The notes under the pieces: model-generated
Databases searched by the model: none
Told to the model about the DNA's origin: nothing
The model's input: the letters and a program-made list of their open reading frames with translations, nothing else
Shown here: one piece after another, positions 38,742-48,174 of the stretch
Layout of the letters: each line of letters begins with the position of its first letter
How positions within the stretch are numbered: the stretch's first letter is position 1
Program-made: the position numbers and the translations under genes
From: an uncultured Mycoplasmatota bacterium
GTDB taxonomy: Bacteria; Bacillota_I; Bacilli_A; RF39; UBA660
Assembly (NCBI GenBank): GCA_900552495.1
Contig: URZY01000003.1
Coordinates: forward strand, 12,813 to 76,812
Direction of reading: 5' to 3'
Length of the DNA: 64,000 nt

Positions 38742-38933
38742 TTTTTCCCTCCTCTTTTATAATTGTGTTTGAATTTAATTCTTGCTTATTATATCAAAAA
38801 ATATATTTTTTTTCTAACGTTTATCTACGATGACAAGAAATTTCATAAATAATTTGTAATGTTTGACACTTTCTTTACACTTTCTAATTGTAAATAACTT
38901 TTATAATTAAGGTTTTTTAGGGACTTATGATTG

Positions 38934-39437
38934 TTAATTCAATTCCAAACTTAGATTAAATTCAATTTGATTTTTTGGTTCAAGTTGGCGATACTTGACA
39001 CCGCACACATCAAATAATCTTTTGGAAGCAATTATTGATTCTGTTGTAGCATATTTATCCGATAAATATATTACTTCCTTTATTCCAGATTGAATAATTT
39101 CTTTGGCACATTCATTACAAGGAAATAAATCAACATAGATTTTCGCACCCTCAAGATCTTTTTTACTTCCTCGATAATTTAAAATTGCATTTCTTTCAGC
39201 ATGAACAACATACAAATATTTTGTTTCAAGGGGGCTCCCTTCCCTTTCCCATGGAAAATTAGCATCATCAAAACCATTAGGAGCACCATTGTATCCTATT
39301 GATAAAATGCGGTTATCATTGCTAACTACACAAGCACCTACTTGAGTATTAGGGTCTTTACTCCTTTTAGCAGTTAACTTAGCAACGGCCATAAAATACT
39401 CATCCCAACTTAAAATTTTATTATTTTTATTTTTCAT
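38934..39437 (-). CDS. comEB: dCMP deaminase (ComEB type)
   Basis: Zinc motifs HAERNA and PCNECAK. Confidence 0.9.
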   Translation of the reverse strand: MKNKNNKILSWDEYFMAVAKLTAKRSKDPNTQVGACVVSNDNRILSIGYNGAPNGFDDANFPWEREGSPLETKYLYVVHAERNAILNYRGSKKDLEGAKIYVDLFPCNECAKEIIQSGIKEVIYLSDKYATTESIIASKRLFDVCGVKYRQLEPKNQIEFNLSLELN

Positions 39438-39593
39438 AAATTATTACCTCCCTATTTCAATCAATTATAGCTAATTATAGCATATTTTTAGTCATTTAGA
39501 TTAGCTTTTTTCAAGATGACTAGTTAGAAAAATATAATTTTTTAAAGATATTTTAGGAGTTTCATGATAGAATATTGATAGGAAGTGATGAAG

Positions 39594-40595
39594 ATGCAAA
39601 AAACTATATTAACAGGATTAAGACCAACTGGTAATTTACACTTGGGTCACTATTTTGGGGCTTGTAGTAATTATTTGAAATTACAAGATGATTATGATTT
39701 TTATTTAGAAATTGCTGACGTTCAAGCTTTAACTGATAATTTTGATAATCCTGAAAAAGTAAGAACTAATGTTTACGAAATTACAAAAGATTTATTGGCG
39801 ATTGGCATGGATCCTAAAAAAGTACATTTTTTTATTCAATCAAAGATACCAGAAATTGCAGAATTAACAATTTTTTATTCTAATCTAGTAACGGTTTCAA
39901 GATTAGAGAGAAATCCAACTGTAAAAAATGAAATTGCACAAAAGAAAGATTTGTTTGGAAATAATGGTGAAAGTATTACTTATGGTTTTTTAGGGTATCC
40001 AGTTAGCCAAGCAGCCGATATAACAGCTTTTGATGGGGAGGTTGTTCCTGTTGGTGATGATCAGTTGCCATTACTTGAACAGTGCCGAGAAATAGTTCGT
40101 AAATTTAATTCTATCTATGGAGAAATATTAAAAGAACCTCAACAAGTTTTGAGTGAAGTCACTAGAGTTAAAGGATTAGATGGAAATGATAAGATGGGAA
40201 AAAGTTTAGGTAATGCTATTTATTTAGTAGATGACTATGAAACCATAAAAAAGAAGATTATGGGTGCTGTTACTGATCCTAATAAAATAAAAAAAGATGA
40301 TCCTGCAAATCCTGATGTATGTATGGTATATTATTATCATAAATTAGTTAATAAGACAAAATTAGAAACAGTGTGTAGTGAATGTAAAAAAGGAAATCGT
40401 GGCTGTGTACAATGTAAAAAAGAACTTATTGAAGCAATGCACGAATTTTTGACGCCTATCCAAGAAAAGAGAAAATTCTATGAGGATAATCCGGATGAAG
40501 TAAGAAAGATTCTTGAAGTAGGAACTGAACAAGCACGAAATAAGGCAATAAAGAAAATGGCAGAAGTCAAAAGAGCAATGAAAATTGATTATTAG
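39594..40595 (+). CDS. trpS: tryptophan--tRNA ligase
   Basis: TGLRPTGNLHLGHY (HIGH) and KMGKS (KMSKS). ATG 39594, after a GGAAG RBS, is preferred over GTG 39585. Confidence 0.92.
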   Translation: MQKTILTGLRPTGNLHLGHYFGACSNYLKLQDDYDFYLEIADVQALTDNFDNPEKVRTNVYEITKDLLAIGMDPKKVHFFIQSKIPEIAELTIFYSNLVTVSRLERNPTVKNEIAQKKDLFGNNGESITYGFLGYPVSQAADITAFDGEVVPVGDDQLPLLEQCREIVRKFNSIYGEILKEPQQVLSEVTRVKGLDGNDKMGKSLGNAIYLVDDYETIKKKIMGAVTDPNKIKKDDPANPDVCMVYYYHKLVNKTKLETVCSECKKGNRGCVQCKKELIEAMHEFLTPIQEKRKFYEDNPDEVRKILEVGTEQARNKAIKKMAEVKRAMKIDY

Positions 40596-40610
40596 TGTTT
40601 TCTTATAGCA

Positions 40611-40686
40611 AAAAAAGTAGACAGAAAATGAAGTGAACCCGATTGTGAATCGTTTGGTGGTTGCTTCAAAAATTGTCTACTTTTTT
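40611..40686. terminator. 76-nt compound hairpin between convergent trpS and the 214-aa gene
   Basis: Outer 13-bp stem AAAAAAGTAGACA/TGTCTACTTTTTT, inner GAAG/CTTC and AACC/GGTT segments, and an apical CGATT-GTG-AATCG. The A6/T6 flanks suit bidirectional termination. Confidence 0.45.
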
Positions 40687-41321
40687 ATATATGTTAATCT
40701 AACAATATCATACAATTTATTATGTTTTTTAGAATAATTCTCTGTTAAATCTTTTTTTATGCGCATATATTTATCATAAAATGATAAATCATCTTTTTTA
40801 AATAATTCTTCATAAAGAAAGTTTAACTTTTCAATATTATTTTCTTCATAGAGATTATCCATTTCTTTTAAGAGATAACGTTTCTTTTTTACTTCTTGAC
40901 GTGTTAAAAAATAATCTTTTGAATTCTTACTTAATATTTTATAAGTAATTGGTTCTTCTCTTAAATCGGCTGCTTCCTCTATTAAGTCCTCTTCTTCATC
41001 TAGTAGAAGAGAACTTTTACTTATCACTTCTCCCGATTCATTAAATTCTAGTGCTATGACTTTATTTAAATCAGAGAACAAGGTGGCGTAATCTAAGTTA
41101 GTTGATTTTTTATAAAGAGATGTCTCTCCTTTTATTTTGTCTAGTAAATCGTTATTGACTTTTACTTTCTTATTTAGGAGATCATCCAAAGTTTTAGTTG
41201 ATACCCTTAATAAAGGAATTCTTTTTATATGTTCAGGATAATCTTTATCATCCCATTCAAAGAATTCAATAATTCTTTCATCATCAGTAAAGTTTAATAA
41301 TACATCATAAATATATGTCAT
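40677..41321 (-). CDS. conserved Firmicute-type hypothetical protein
   Basis: 214-aa ORF starting MTYIYDVLLNFTDD...FFEWDD. Family not assigned with confidence. Confidence 0.5.
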   Translation of the reverse strand: MTYIYDVLLNFTDDERIIEFFEWDDKDYPEHIKRIPLLRVSTKTLDDLLNKKVKVNNDLLDKIKGETSLYKKSTNLDYATLFSDLNKVIALEFNESGEVISKSSLLLDEEEDLIEEAADLREEPITYKILSKNSKDYFLTRQEVKKKRYLLKEMDNLYEENNIEKLNFLYEELFKKDDLSFYDKYMRIKKDLTENYSKKHNKLYDIVRLTYIKK

Positions 41322-41530
41322 TTTATTCTTTCCTTTCTAATGTTTAATCCTATTATTACTAGTAATATTCCAAGTGGTAAAAGATAGCCTTCACCAGCAG
41401 TAAATAAAAATATTAAATATTCTTTAATAGTATAACCAAAAGAAAATAAATTAATGTATATGATTGTATAAATTAATCCATATATCATTAAAATAAAACC
41501 GAGAATTAAAAATAGTAGCTTTAGTATCAT
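41318..41530 (-). CDS. small 2-TM membrane protein
   Basis: 70-aa hydrophobic ORF with a 4-nt overlap onto the downstream gene. Confidence 0.45.
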   Translation of the reverse strand: MILKLLFLILGFILMIYGLIYTIIYINLFSFGYTIKEYLIFLFTAGEGYLLPLGILLVIIGLNIRKERIK

Positions 41531-41591
41531 AATTTACTTTATGTACTTAATTATTTATATATACAAGAAAAGAAAGTCAAATTTAGACTTT

Positions 41592-42668
41592 CTATTCTTT
41601 ATGATCTATTTGTTTTACTACTTCTACTTCAACTTTATTTATTGCCTCAAATTTTTTAGTAATTTTATCTGTAGTTATTGTGACATTTTCAACATCTTTA
41701 TTAACAGTTTGAATACTCTTGGCTAGTTTATCCCAACGTTCCTTATAACGAGAGAACTCTAATCCTAGTTTATTTAGTTCTTCATGAATAATGGATGTAT
41801 ATTTATCACGTTCCATATTTTTGATAATCATTTCTACAACGGTAAGCGTTGAGATCAAAGTTGTTGGTGAAGTAATCCAAACTCGTTTTTTGTAGGCATA
41901 ATTAATAATATCTTGGTGATAGGCATTTACCTCGGCAAAAATTGCTTCAGCTGGGAGAAAAAGAATAGCTTGTTCGGCAGTTTCCCCGGGAATTATATAT
42001 TTACTACTAATCGCATCTATATGTTTTTTCATATCTTGTTTAAACATCTTTTCATAGTTATCTCGCATATCTTGAGATAATTTCTTATCAACCATTAATT
42101 GATAGTGCTCTAGTGGAAACTTAGAATCGATTGCGATAGTTCCTAAGGGTTCTGGTGCGAAAACAACAGAATCAGCTATAACTCCAGTTGATAAAGTGTA
42201 TTGTAATTTAAAGATATTATCATTTTTCTCACCAAAGACACTTGTTAAAATATGCTTCAAATTTACTTCCCCAAAAATTCCCCTGGTCTTTTTGTCTGTT
42301 AAAATACTTTGGAGGCTAACAATATCCGTAGAAAGTGTTTCAATTTTCTTTTGTGCTTCGTCAATTTTTGATAAGCGTTCAATAACATTCATAAAAGTTT
42401 TATTAGTTTTTTCGAAATTTTCATCAAGACGAGTATTGACCTTTTCATTAATGGCTAAAAGTCGTCTTTCTAATTGCTCATTTAAATCTTGAAAATCTTT
42501 ATTCATATTACGACTCAACTCAGATTTAAAGTCACCCATTTCTTTCATCATGCTTACTTCTAATTTGCCAAGACGTTCTGTTATGTTACTTTCATTAATA
42601 TTTTTAAATAAGGAAATAACTCCTATAATTAATATTATTATTAATAAAATTATAATTATATAATCCAT
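41592..42668 (-). CDS. rmuC: DNA recombination protein RmuC
   Basis: N-terminal TM, a long coiled coil, and the RmuC core IAIDSKFPLEHY. Confidence 0.8.
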   Translation of the reverse strand: MDYIIIILLIIILIIGVISLFKNINESNITERLGKLEVSMMKEMGDFKSELSRNMNKDFQDLNEQLERRLLAINEKVNTRLDENFEKTNKTFMNVIERLSKIDEAQKKIETLSTDIVSLQSILTDKKTRGIFGEVNLKHILTSVFGEKNDNIFKLQYTLSTGVIADSVVFAPEPLGTIAIDSKFPLEHYQLMVDKKLSQDMRDNYEKMFKQDMKKHIDAISSKYIIPGETAEQAILFLPAEAIFAEVNAYHQDIINYAYKKRVWITSPTTLISTLTVVEMIIKNMERDKYTSIIHEELNKLGLEFSRYKERWDKLAKSIQTVNKDVENVTITTDKITKKFEAINKVEVEVVKQIDHKE

Positions 42669-42686
42669 AGTATCTACCTACTCTTT

Positions 42687-43265
42687 CTATTCTATTTTAA
42701 ATTTTTTGGAAATATATTTTGTAATAAAGTATGCTGCTAGTAATATGAAAACTATAAATAGGATTGCTTTTATATTGGTTAAACTCTCAATAAGGCTTTT
42801 ACCAATATAGGCCCAAAATGTTATCATAAATATTTTGCCAACAGGTAAGGCCGTTAGATATTTTTTCTTTGATACACCAGTAACGCCAGCTAAAAGATTA
42901 ATAAAACAAGATGGAGCAAATGGTAAGGTTATTAATAAGACTAAATGTGTTATTCTTATTTTCTTGAAACCGGCTGTTTTTTCTAGAATTTTATTTTTAG
43001 TACTTTCTTTTACTAACTTAAAAACTATATTATTAGATAGATAATAAAAAAATAGATATGTTAAGGTACTACCAAGAGTTGTGGCTATCCAAGATAGAAT
43101 AATTCCGGGAAAAAAGCCAAAGGCATTAACATTAAGTGTTACAAAAGCTCCTAGAGGTAAAATAGGGAAAAATGATTCAACCAAAACTAGAAGGAAACCT
43201 ATTAAAAATCCTCCATCCTCTATTAAAGAAGTTGCTATTTCTATTAATTCACTTAATGTTGCCAT
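42687..43265 (-). CDS. DedA/TVP38-TMEM64 family membrane protein
   Basis: 192 aa with about 5 TM segments and DedA-like topology. Confidence 0.6.
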   Translation of the reverse strand: MATLSELIEIATSLIEDGGFLIGFLLVLVESFFPILPLGAFVTLNVNAFGFFPGIILSWIATTLGSTLTYLFFYYLSNNIVFKLVKESTKNKILEKTAGFKKIRITHLVLLITLPFAPSCFINLLAGVTGVSKKKYLTALPVGKIFMITFWAYIGKSLIESLTNIKAILFIVFILLAAYFITKYISKKFKIE

Positions 43266-43298
43266 ATAATCACCTTCTTGTTTTATTATAGTATAATT

Positions 43299-43610
43299 CT
43301 ATTTCCTTAACAAGTAATTATTGAATCCACCCGTTATGTTGACAGTATGATAGCCTTTTGAATTTAATTTTTGAACTAGTTTTTGACTACTGGAGCCAGA
43401 TTGACAATATATATAATATGTTGAATTCTTATTTAAATATTTTTCTGGTGCCAATTCGAGTAAATCTCTTGATATATTTTTAGCAGTAGGAATTCTGTTT
43501 AATTGATATTCATAATTTGTTCTAATATCTACTATATTCACAGGTTTATTTGAATATAGTAGATTTAGTAGTTCTGTAATTTCTATACTATTCATATTAT
43601 TCACCTCCAT
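43299..43610 (-). CDS. single-domain rhodanese-like sulfurtransferase
   Basis: 103 aa with the active-site loop YCQSGSSS. Confidence 0.8.
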   Translation of the reverse strand: MEVNNMNSIEITELLNLLYSNKPVNIVDIRTNYEYQLNRIPTAKNISRDLLELAPEKYLNKNSTYYIYCQSGSSSQKLVQKLNSKGYHTVNITGGFNNYLLRK

Positions 43611-43621
43611 TATATTAGATG

Positions 43622-43651
43622 AAAAAAAAAGAATCTAGGTTATAGATTCTT
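43622..43651 (-). terminator. strong rho-independent terminator closing the Tad/T4SS operon
   Basis: Minus strand has AAGAATCTA-TAACC-TAGATTCTT followed by T7 then C. Confidence 0.8.
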
Positions 43652-44891
43652 ACTTAACTATATAAGGGTCTTCTGAGGTACCGCTACCACTTTTATACAT
43701 CACTTCATCACTCAAATATACTACTGGTCTAATTCGAGCCCAATTTAATGCTTTCTTAGCAGTTATACCATTACCTGGGGTTACTTGATAAGCATCTGTT
43801 GTAGATCCAGCTACGGCTGTTGCTAACCACCAATCATTACTGTCTACTAAGTAATTATAATTTTTACAAGTTAAATTCATAGGTGCTTTACAACTAGTAT
43901 CAACACTGGCATTCATAAAGTCAGCAGCTGTAAGTAAACTTATTTTTTGGTCTCTTTCTACTTCCTTACACTCTACTGCTTGCTCGGCCCCGGCTTGATT
44001 AGTAGCCCTTTTGCCTTTGCATACATTATGTACTACGATTCTTGATTTATCTTTATCACTTAATAGAACTTCAGTAATTGATTCATCAGTAGAATTATAT
44101 AATTCATCTAATTTCTCTTTTATTCTACTAGAGGAATAATTATTTATTCCAGCATCATAACTTGCTTCCTCACTATATCTATCATCCCAAGAAGACAATG
44201 TTGTTAACGGCTCTGCTCTAACTAATACAACATTATTAGCGGAGTTAATTTTTACAATTCTCCATAGAGCGCTATCTAATTGAACATAGTTATTTACTTG
44301 TTCACCACGGAAAACGTAATTACCATCCTTATTATAAAGACCATATCCTGAAGTTACTATTTTGTTGTCGTCTCTTATAACACGATATAATGCGGTTGTG
44401 GTATACGCTTCACCACAATCCAATTTGGGAATATAACTATATGTTGTTCCTGTCTTTTGAACTTTTACTGAACCAGTACAAGCTGTGTCTGTATATTTTG
44501 TCATCTCTTTCATTTTTCCTTCAGCTATTAATACTGATATATCAACAGTTTGAGTCCCACCATCTTTTTTAGGTAGACTTTCTGGGTGATCTTTAAAATA
44601 TGACTCGGCAGCGTTGCTCATAATTTGTTCAATATCTTCATATGACTTTTTTCCACCAGTTAGTGATGTTACAAAAATTATTAGTAAAACGCCAATCACA
44701 ATAACGACAATAGCCAAAAGCATCATTTTAATTAGCTTAGCTTTCCCCTCTTCATTACTTGGTGTGTTACTTTTATTACCATTTGATGTTGTATCTTCTA
44801 AGTCGAAATCCTCTTCCTCGTTTTCTTCTAACTCTTCAGCAATGATTTCTTTTCCGGTATTTTTATCTACGTTAAAATTCATCTTATCCAT
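43650..44891 (-). CDS. type II membrane protein, acidic cytoplasmic N-terminus and large Cys-containing ectodomain (last gene of the Tad/T4SS block)
   Basis: 413 aa with one TM at about residues 55-78. C-terminal pattern WWLATA...IRPVVYL...GSGTSEDPYIV. Confidence 0.55.
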   Translation of the reverse strand: MDKMNFNVDKNTGKEIIAEELEENEEEDFDLEDTTSNGNKSNTPSNEEGKAKLIKMMLLAIVVIVIGVLLIIFVTSLTGGKKSYEDIEQIMSNAAESYFKDHPESLPKKDGGTQTVDISVLIAEGKMKEMTKYTDTACTGSVKVQKTGTTYSYIPKLDCGEAYTTTALYRVIRDDNKIVTSGYGLYNKDGNYVFRGEQVNNYVQLDSALWRIVKINSANNVVLVRAEPLTTLSSWDDRYSEEASYDAGINNYSSSRIKEKLDELYNSTDESITEVLLSDKDKSRIVVHNVCKGKRATNQAGAEQAVECKEVERDQKISLLTAADFMNASVDTSCKAPMNLTCKNYNYLVDSNDWWLATAVAGSTTDAYQVTPGNGITAKKALNWARIRPVVYLSDEVMYKSGSGTSEDPYIVK

Positions 44892-44908
44892 ATGTATATC
44901 TCCTTTTA

Positions 44909-47338
44909 TTAATTATCAAAAAAGTCATCGAAGAAGTCATCATCATTGTCATCATCAGTAAGTGTTAAGTCAGCAGTTGGTTGTGGTACTTCTTTTATCG
45001 GTTCTACCATTTTTTCTTCTAAAGGTTTAAGTGGTTTATTTTCTTTAGGATCTGTTGCATTTATAAAATCGTCTAAACTAGCGATTGGTGAGGCGCTAGT
45101 AGATGCCTTTGGTACTGCTACTGGTCTAGTTTGAGGTGTGGCAACAGGTTTATTAACCACTTCTTTAGATGAAAGTGGACTAACTTTATTTTCTTCTTTA
45201 GCTCTTTTCTCTTCGGCTTCTAATTCAGCAATTTTAGCGTCAATCTTTTTTACCAATTCATCAACATCAAAACCTAAGTCATCATCCTCTATTGGCTTCG
45301 AAGTTGATTTTGTTTGTGGTTTTATTTGTTGCATAGTTGGTCGTGATGGAAAAATTGGCGTATTTGAGAAATCTTTAATTGCCTCTGATGATGCTTCGTT
45401 AGAAACACTTCTGCCACGAACCATACCACCCATTCTTGGTGCGTTACCCATTACCCTTTTTTCTTCCTGCTCATAAGGACTACGAGTTAAGAAGTCTGGA
45501 TACTGATTTTGATTTTGAACTGGTTTATCAAAAGGTTCTGGTTCTTTGTGCATAAAATCTGTAGGATTCATTCTTGGCATTGGCTGCTTTTGAGGTGGAG
45601 TTTGATTTGTACTATTCATCATTTCAAGCAGTTTTTTCTTTTTTTGTTCCTTAACAAACTCTTTAATATCAAAGGTTGAAACTTGGCGTTTTTTTCGAAC
45701 TGGGTACTTGGCTGTTGGATATTTTTTACCCCAGTCCAATTTGAAGTATGGAGTAAACTTTGTTTTGAATGGTTGTTTACGCATACGAAGGATTATCACT
45801 TCAAACTGTTTCATACGTTGTAAGTCTGAAACTGTTACTAGTGGTGTGGAAGCGGTTTTATCGTCCTTTTTGGATTTAACTTCTCCACACATTTTTGATA
45901 TTTCTTCTAAGGCTTTTAATTCTGTTGTAATTAAATAAATAGTGTTACCACAGTTACCTCTAATTGTCTCAGCATCTTCTTTTCCATATACAGAATCTAA
46001 TTGAGCAAAGTTTTGAATAATCATTGTAAATCTTATGCCACGTGAACGAGCGGCTGTAATCATCGTTGTTACATCTTTTAGAGGTGGCATATTGGCAAAT
46101 TCATCCAATAAGAAATTTGTTCTTACAGGAAGTTTTCCACCATGTCTTTGTGCAACGGAAATTAGGGTTTCATAAATTTGTTTTAAAAGAATAGTGACCA
46201 AGGAATGATAGGTTTTCTTTTCGTCTTGAATTACAATGAAAACAGCGGTTGGCCTTTCACCTATACTTTCTAAATCAACATCACTATACGATAGCATTTC
46301 ACTAAGATTATCACGTGAAGCAAATAATTTAACTTTTTGTTTAAATACCGATAGGATACTTCCTTTTGTCTCAGTTGGTGCCATAATGGTAGAGGAAGCA
46401 TTGATGGCAGCTGCGCTAGCAGGATCTTTTCCCGCAAAGTATTCTTTAATATAAGTTGAGCCACCAAATTTTTCTTCTCCTACTGTTGTCGCTAGAGAAA
46501 TACTATTGATATTTATTTCCTCAGGTTTAGCATCTTCAAATAAGCCTAGCGCTACTCCTGAAAAATAATCAGCAGAGGTTTTTTCCCAAAAAGGATCTGC
46601 ATTTTTATTTGAATCATCGTAAAGAATATTTAAAGCTAGGTCGTCTAGCAACTCAATTGCTTTATCCTGTTTACCGGTTTTATACATCTTATATGGTAAA
46701 GACATTGGGTTCCATGCATTACCATTTTGCGGATCACGAAAATTTAATAGTAATATTTGATAACCACGAGCTCGTAACATGTTGCTTGTTTTCTCATAAA
46801 TTTCACCTTTAGGGTCAGTAATAATCATTGATTCTCTGGCTTTGGCTAAACTGTGTACTTGTGGTAATATTACAGTTTGAGTTTTACCGGAACCAGTTGC
46901 TCCGATAACTAAAGAGTGATATTCACTATTATCAACCCACATTTCCTTTTCATTTAAAATGATAGGAACTCCAGCTGCCTTAGCATTACGTTGCTGAATT
47001 TCTACTCTCTCAAGTTCTTCTTTTATTTCTTTATCTTTAGCCCATCTTGAATAACCTTTATCTTTTTTGTCGGTTGTAATTCCAAAACCTTTTTCTCTTT
47101 CAAAGAAGTATGAGCTGACACTAACAAATAATCCTCCTAGTGTTAATAAATAAAATACAATAGTTGGAAATATATAATCAGGTCCAAAGGCAGGAAATGG
47201 ATTAAACCCAGCAAAAGTTCCTTCGGCAGCAAAGGTTGACAAATTGACAACAGCAATGGCAATTATATATAAAAGGACTAAGGCAAAGCCACCAAATATA
47301 AGCCAATCTTCTAAATCTGCACGTAATTTAAGTTTCAT
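44909..47338 (-). CDS. VirD4/TraG-type type IV coupling protein with ~270-aa low-complexity C-terminal extension
   Basis: Two N-terminal TM segments, Walker A VIGATGSGKTQ, ITDPKGE, and Walker B-like LLDEFANMP. The tail is P/Q/K-rich and ends DDDNDDDFFDDFFDN. Confidence 0.8.
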   Translation of the reverse strand: MKLKLRADLEDWLIFGGFALVLLYIIAIAVVNLSTFAAEGTFAGFNPFPAFGPDYIFPTIVFYLLTLGGLFVSVSSYFFEREKGFGITTDKKDKGYSRWAKDKEIKEELERVEIQQRNAKAAGVPIILNEKEMWVDNSEYHSLVIGATGSGKTQTVILPQVHSLAKARESMIITDPKGEIYEKTSNMLRARGYQILLLNFRDPQNGNAWNPMSLPYKMYKTGKQDKAIELLDDLALNILYDDSNKNADPFWEKTSADYFSGVALGLFEDAKPEEININSISLATTVGEEKFGGSTYIKEYFAGKDPASAAAINASSTIMAPTETKGSILSVFKQKVKLFASRDNLSEMLSYSDVDLESIGERPTAVFIVIQDEKKTYHSLVTILLKQIYETLISVAQRHGGKLPVRTNFLLDEFANMPPLKDVTTMITAARSRGIRFTMIIQNFAQLDSVYGKEDAETIRGNCGNTIYLITTELKALEEISKMCGEVKSKKDDKTASTPLVTVSDLQRMKQFEVIILRMRKQPFKTKFTPYFKLDWGKKYPTAKYPVRKKRQVSTFDIKEFVKEQKKKKLLEMMNSTNQTPPQKQPMPRMNPTDFMHKEPEPFDKPVQNQNQYPDFLTRSPYEQEEKRVMGNAPRMGGMVRGRSVSNEASSEAIKDFSNTPIFPSRPTMQQIKPQTKSTSKPIEDDDLGFDVDELVKKIDAKIAELEAEEKRAKEENKVSPLSSKEVVNKPVATPQTRPVAVPKASTSASPIASLDDFINATDPKENKPLKPLEEKMVEPIKEVPQPTADLTLTDDDNDDDFFDDFFDN

Positions 47339-47388
47339 ATTACTACTTCCTTTCTCTCTTATTATAACCTAACTTTAAAGAAATGTCA

Positions 47389-48171
47389 TTATTGATTTGT
47401 AATCAATATTTTAAATTCATTACCAGTAAACTTATATAGCATATCAACTGGTTTATTAACACTATATCTTCCACAACTCACAACTAATTCATAAATATTG
47501 TCATTATCAATGTCCATAATAGCACTCAAATACGGTTTACAACCATTTGTTCCAGTATTTTTATCAACATCAGTATAAATTGGATAAATTTGACTGTTTT
47601 TAACCATAAAAACAAAGGAAAATACTTTTTCAGGATTAAAGTCTAGGGCAAAAGCATTGCTAGCAAAATATAGTGTCTCGTTTTGTCCATCGCTATCAAG
47701 ATCGATAGTTATTTCTTCAGAAACAGTATACAATGATGATGTACTTAATTTATTTTCTTTTAATACTTTATTAACATGATAATAATTTCTAATTGGATTT
47801 AAATCAAAACTTTTTACTTTTATGTCATAGTTTGAGCGAAAAGCAAGAATAGTTCCTTCTTTATTAATAGCTTTTTTACTTGCGTCGAAAATAAACCATT
47901 TGTTTCCATCGTTCCAAAGATAATATTTGCCTAACTTCTTATTATCTAAGTAGACATTATAGTCTAGCCAGTTAAGACTTTCAATGGTTTTAGAATTAGT
48001 AACATTAAGCCATTTATTATCAGAATAATTCCATATGGTACTATCCCCAACGATAATAGTAGTTGCGTCTTTACTTTTAGCTATATTTTCTCTTCCAAAA
48101 GCAAAGTACATACCTATTGTAAAAGCAATTAATATTAATAGTATCACAACATATCTTTTTTTCTTTTTCAT
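47389..48171 (-). CDS. bitopic membrane protein with DxDxDG-like loops (candidate VirB8/TcpC-position component)
   Basis: N-terminal TM. The ectodomain carries DLDSDGQNE and DIDNDNIYE. Any role is inferred from position and topology only. Confidence 0.4.
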   Translation of the reverse strand: MKKKKRYVVILLILIAFTIGMYFAFGRENIAKSKDATTIIVGDSTIWNYSDNKWLNVTNSKTIESLNWLDYNVYLDNKKLGKYYLWNDGNKWFIFDASKKAINKEGTILAFRSNYDIKVKSFDLNPIRNYYHVNKVLKENKLSTSSLYTVSEEITIDLDSDGQNETLYFASNAFALDFNPEKVFSFVFMVKNSQIYPIYTDVDKNTGTNGCKPYLSAIMDIDNDNIYELVVSCGRYSVNKPVDMLYKFTGNEFKILITNQ

Positions 48172-48174
48172 ATG

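Noticed and set aside
39438-39593. T-box or other riboswitch upstream of trpS
   Set aside because: The leader is only about 150 nt and shared with the divergent comEB promoter. It has no GGTGGTACC T-box motif and no terminator/antiterminator pair.
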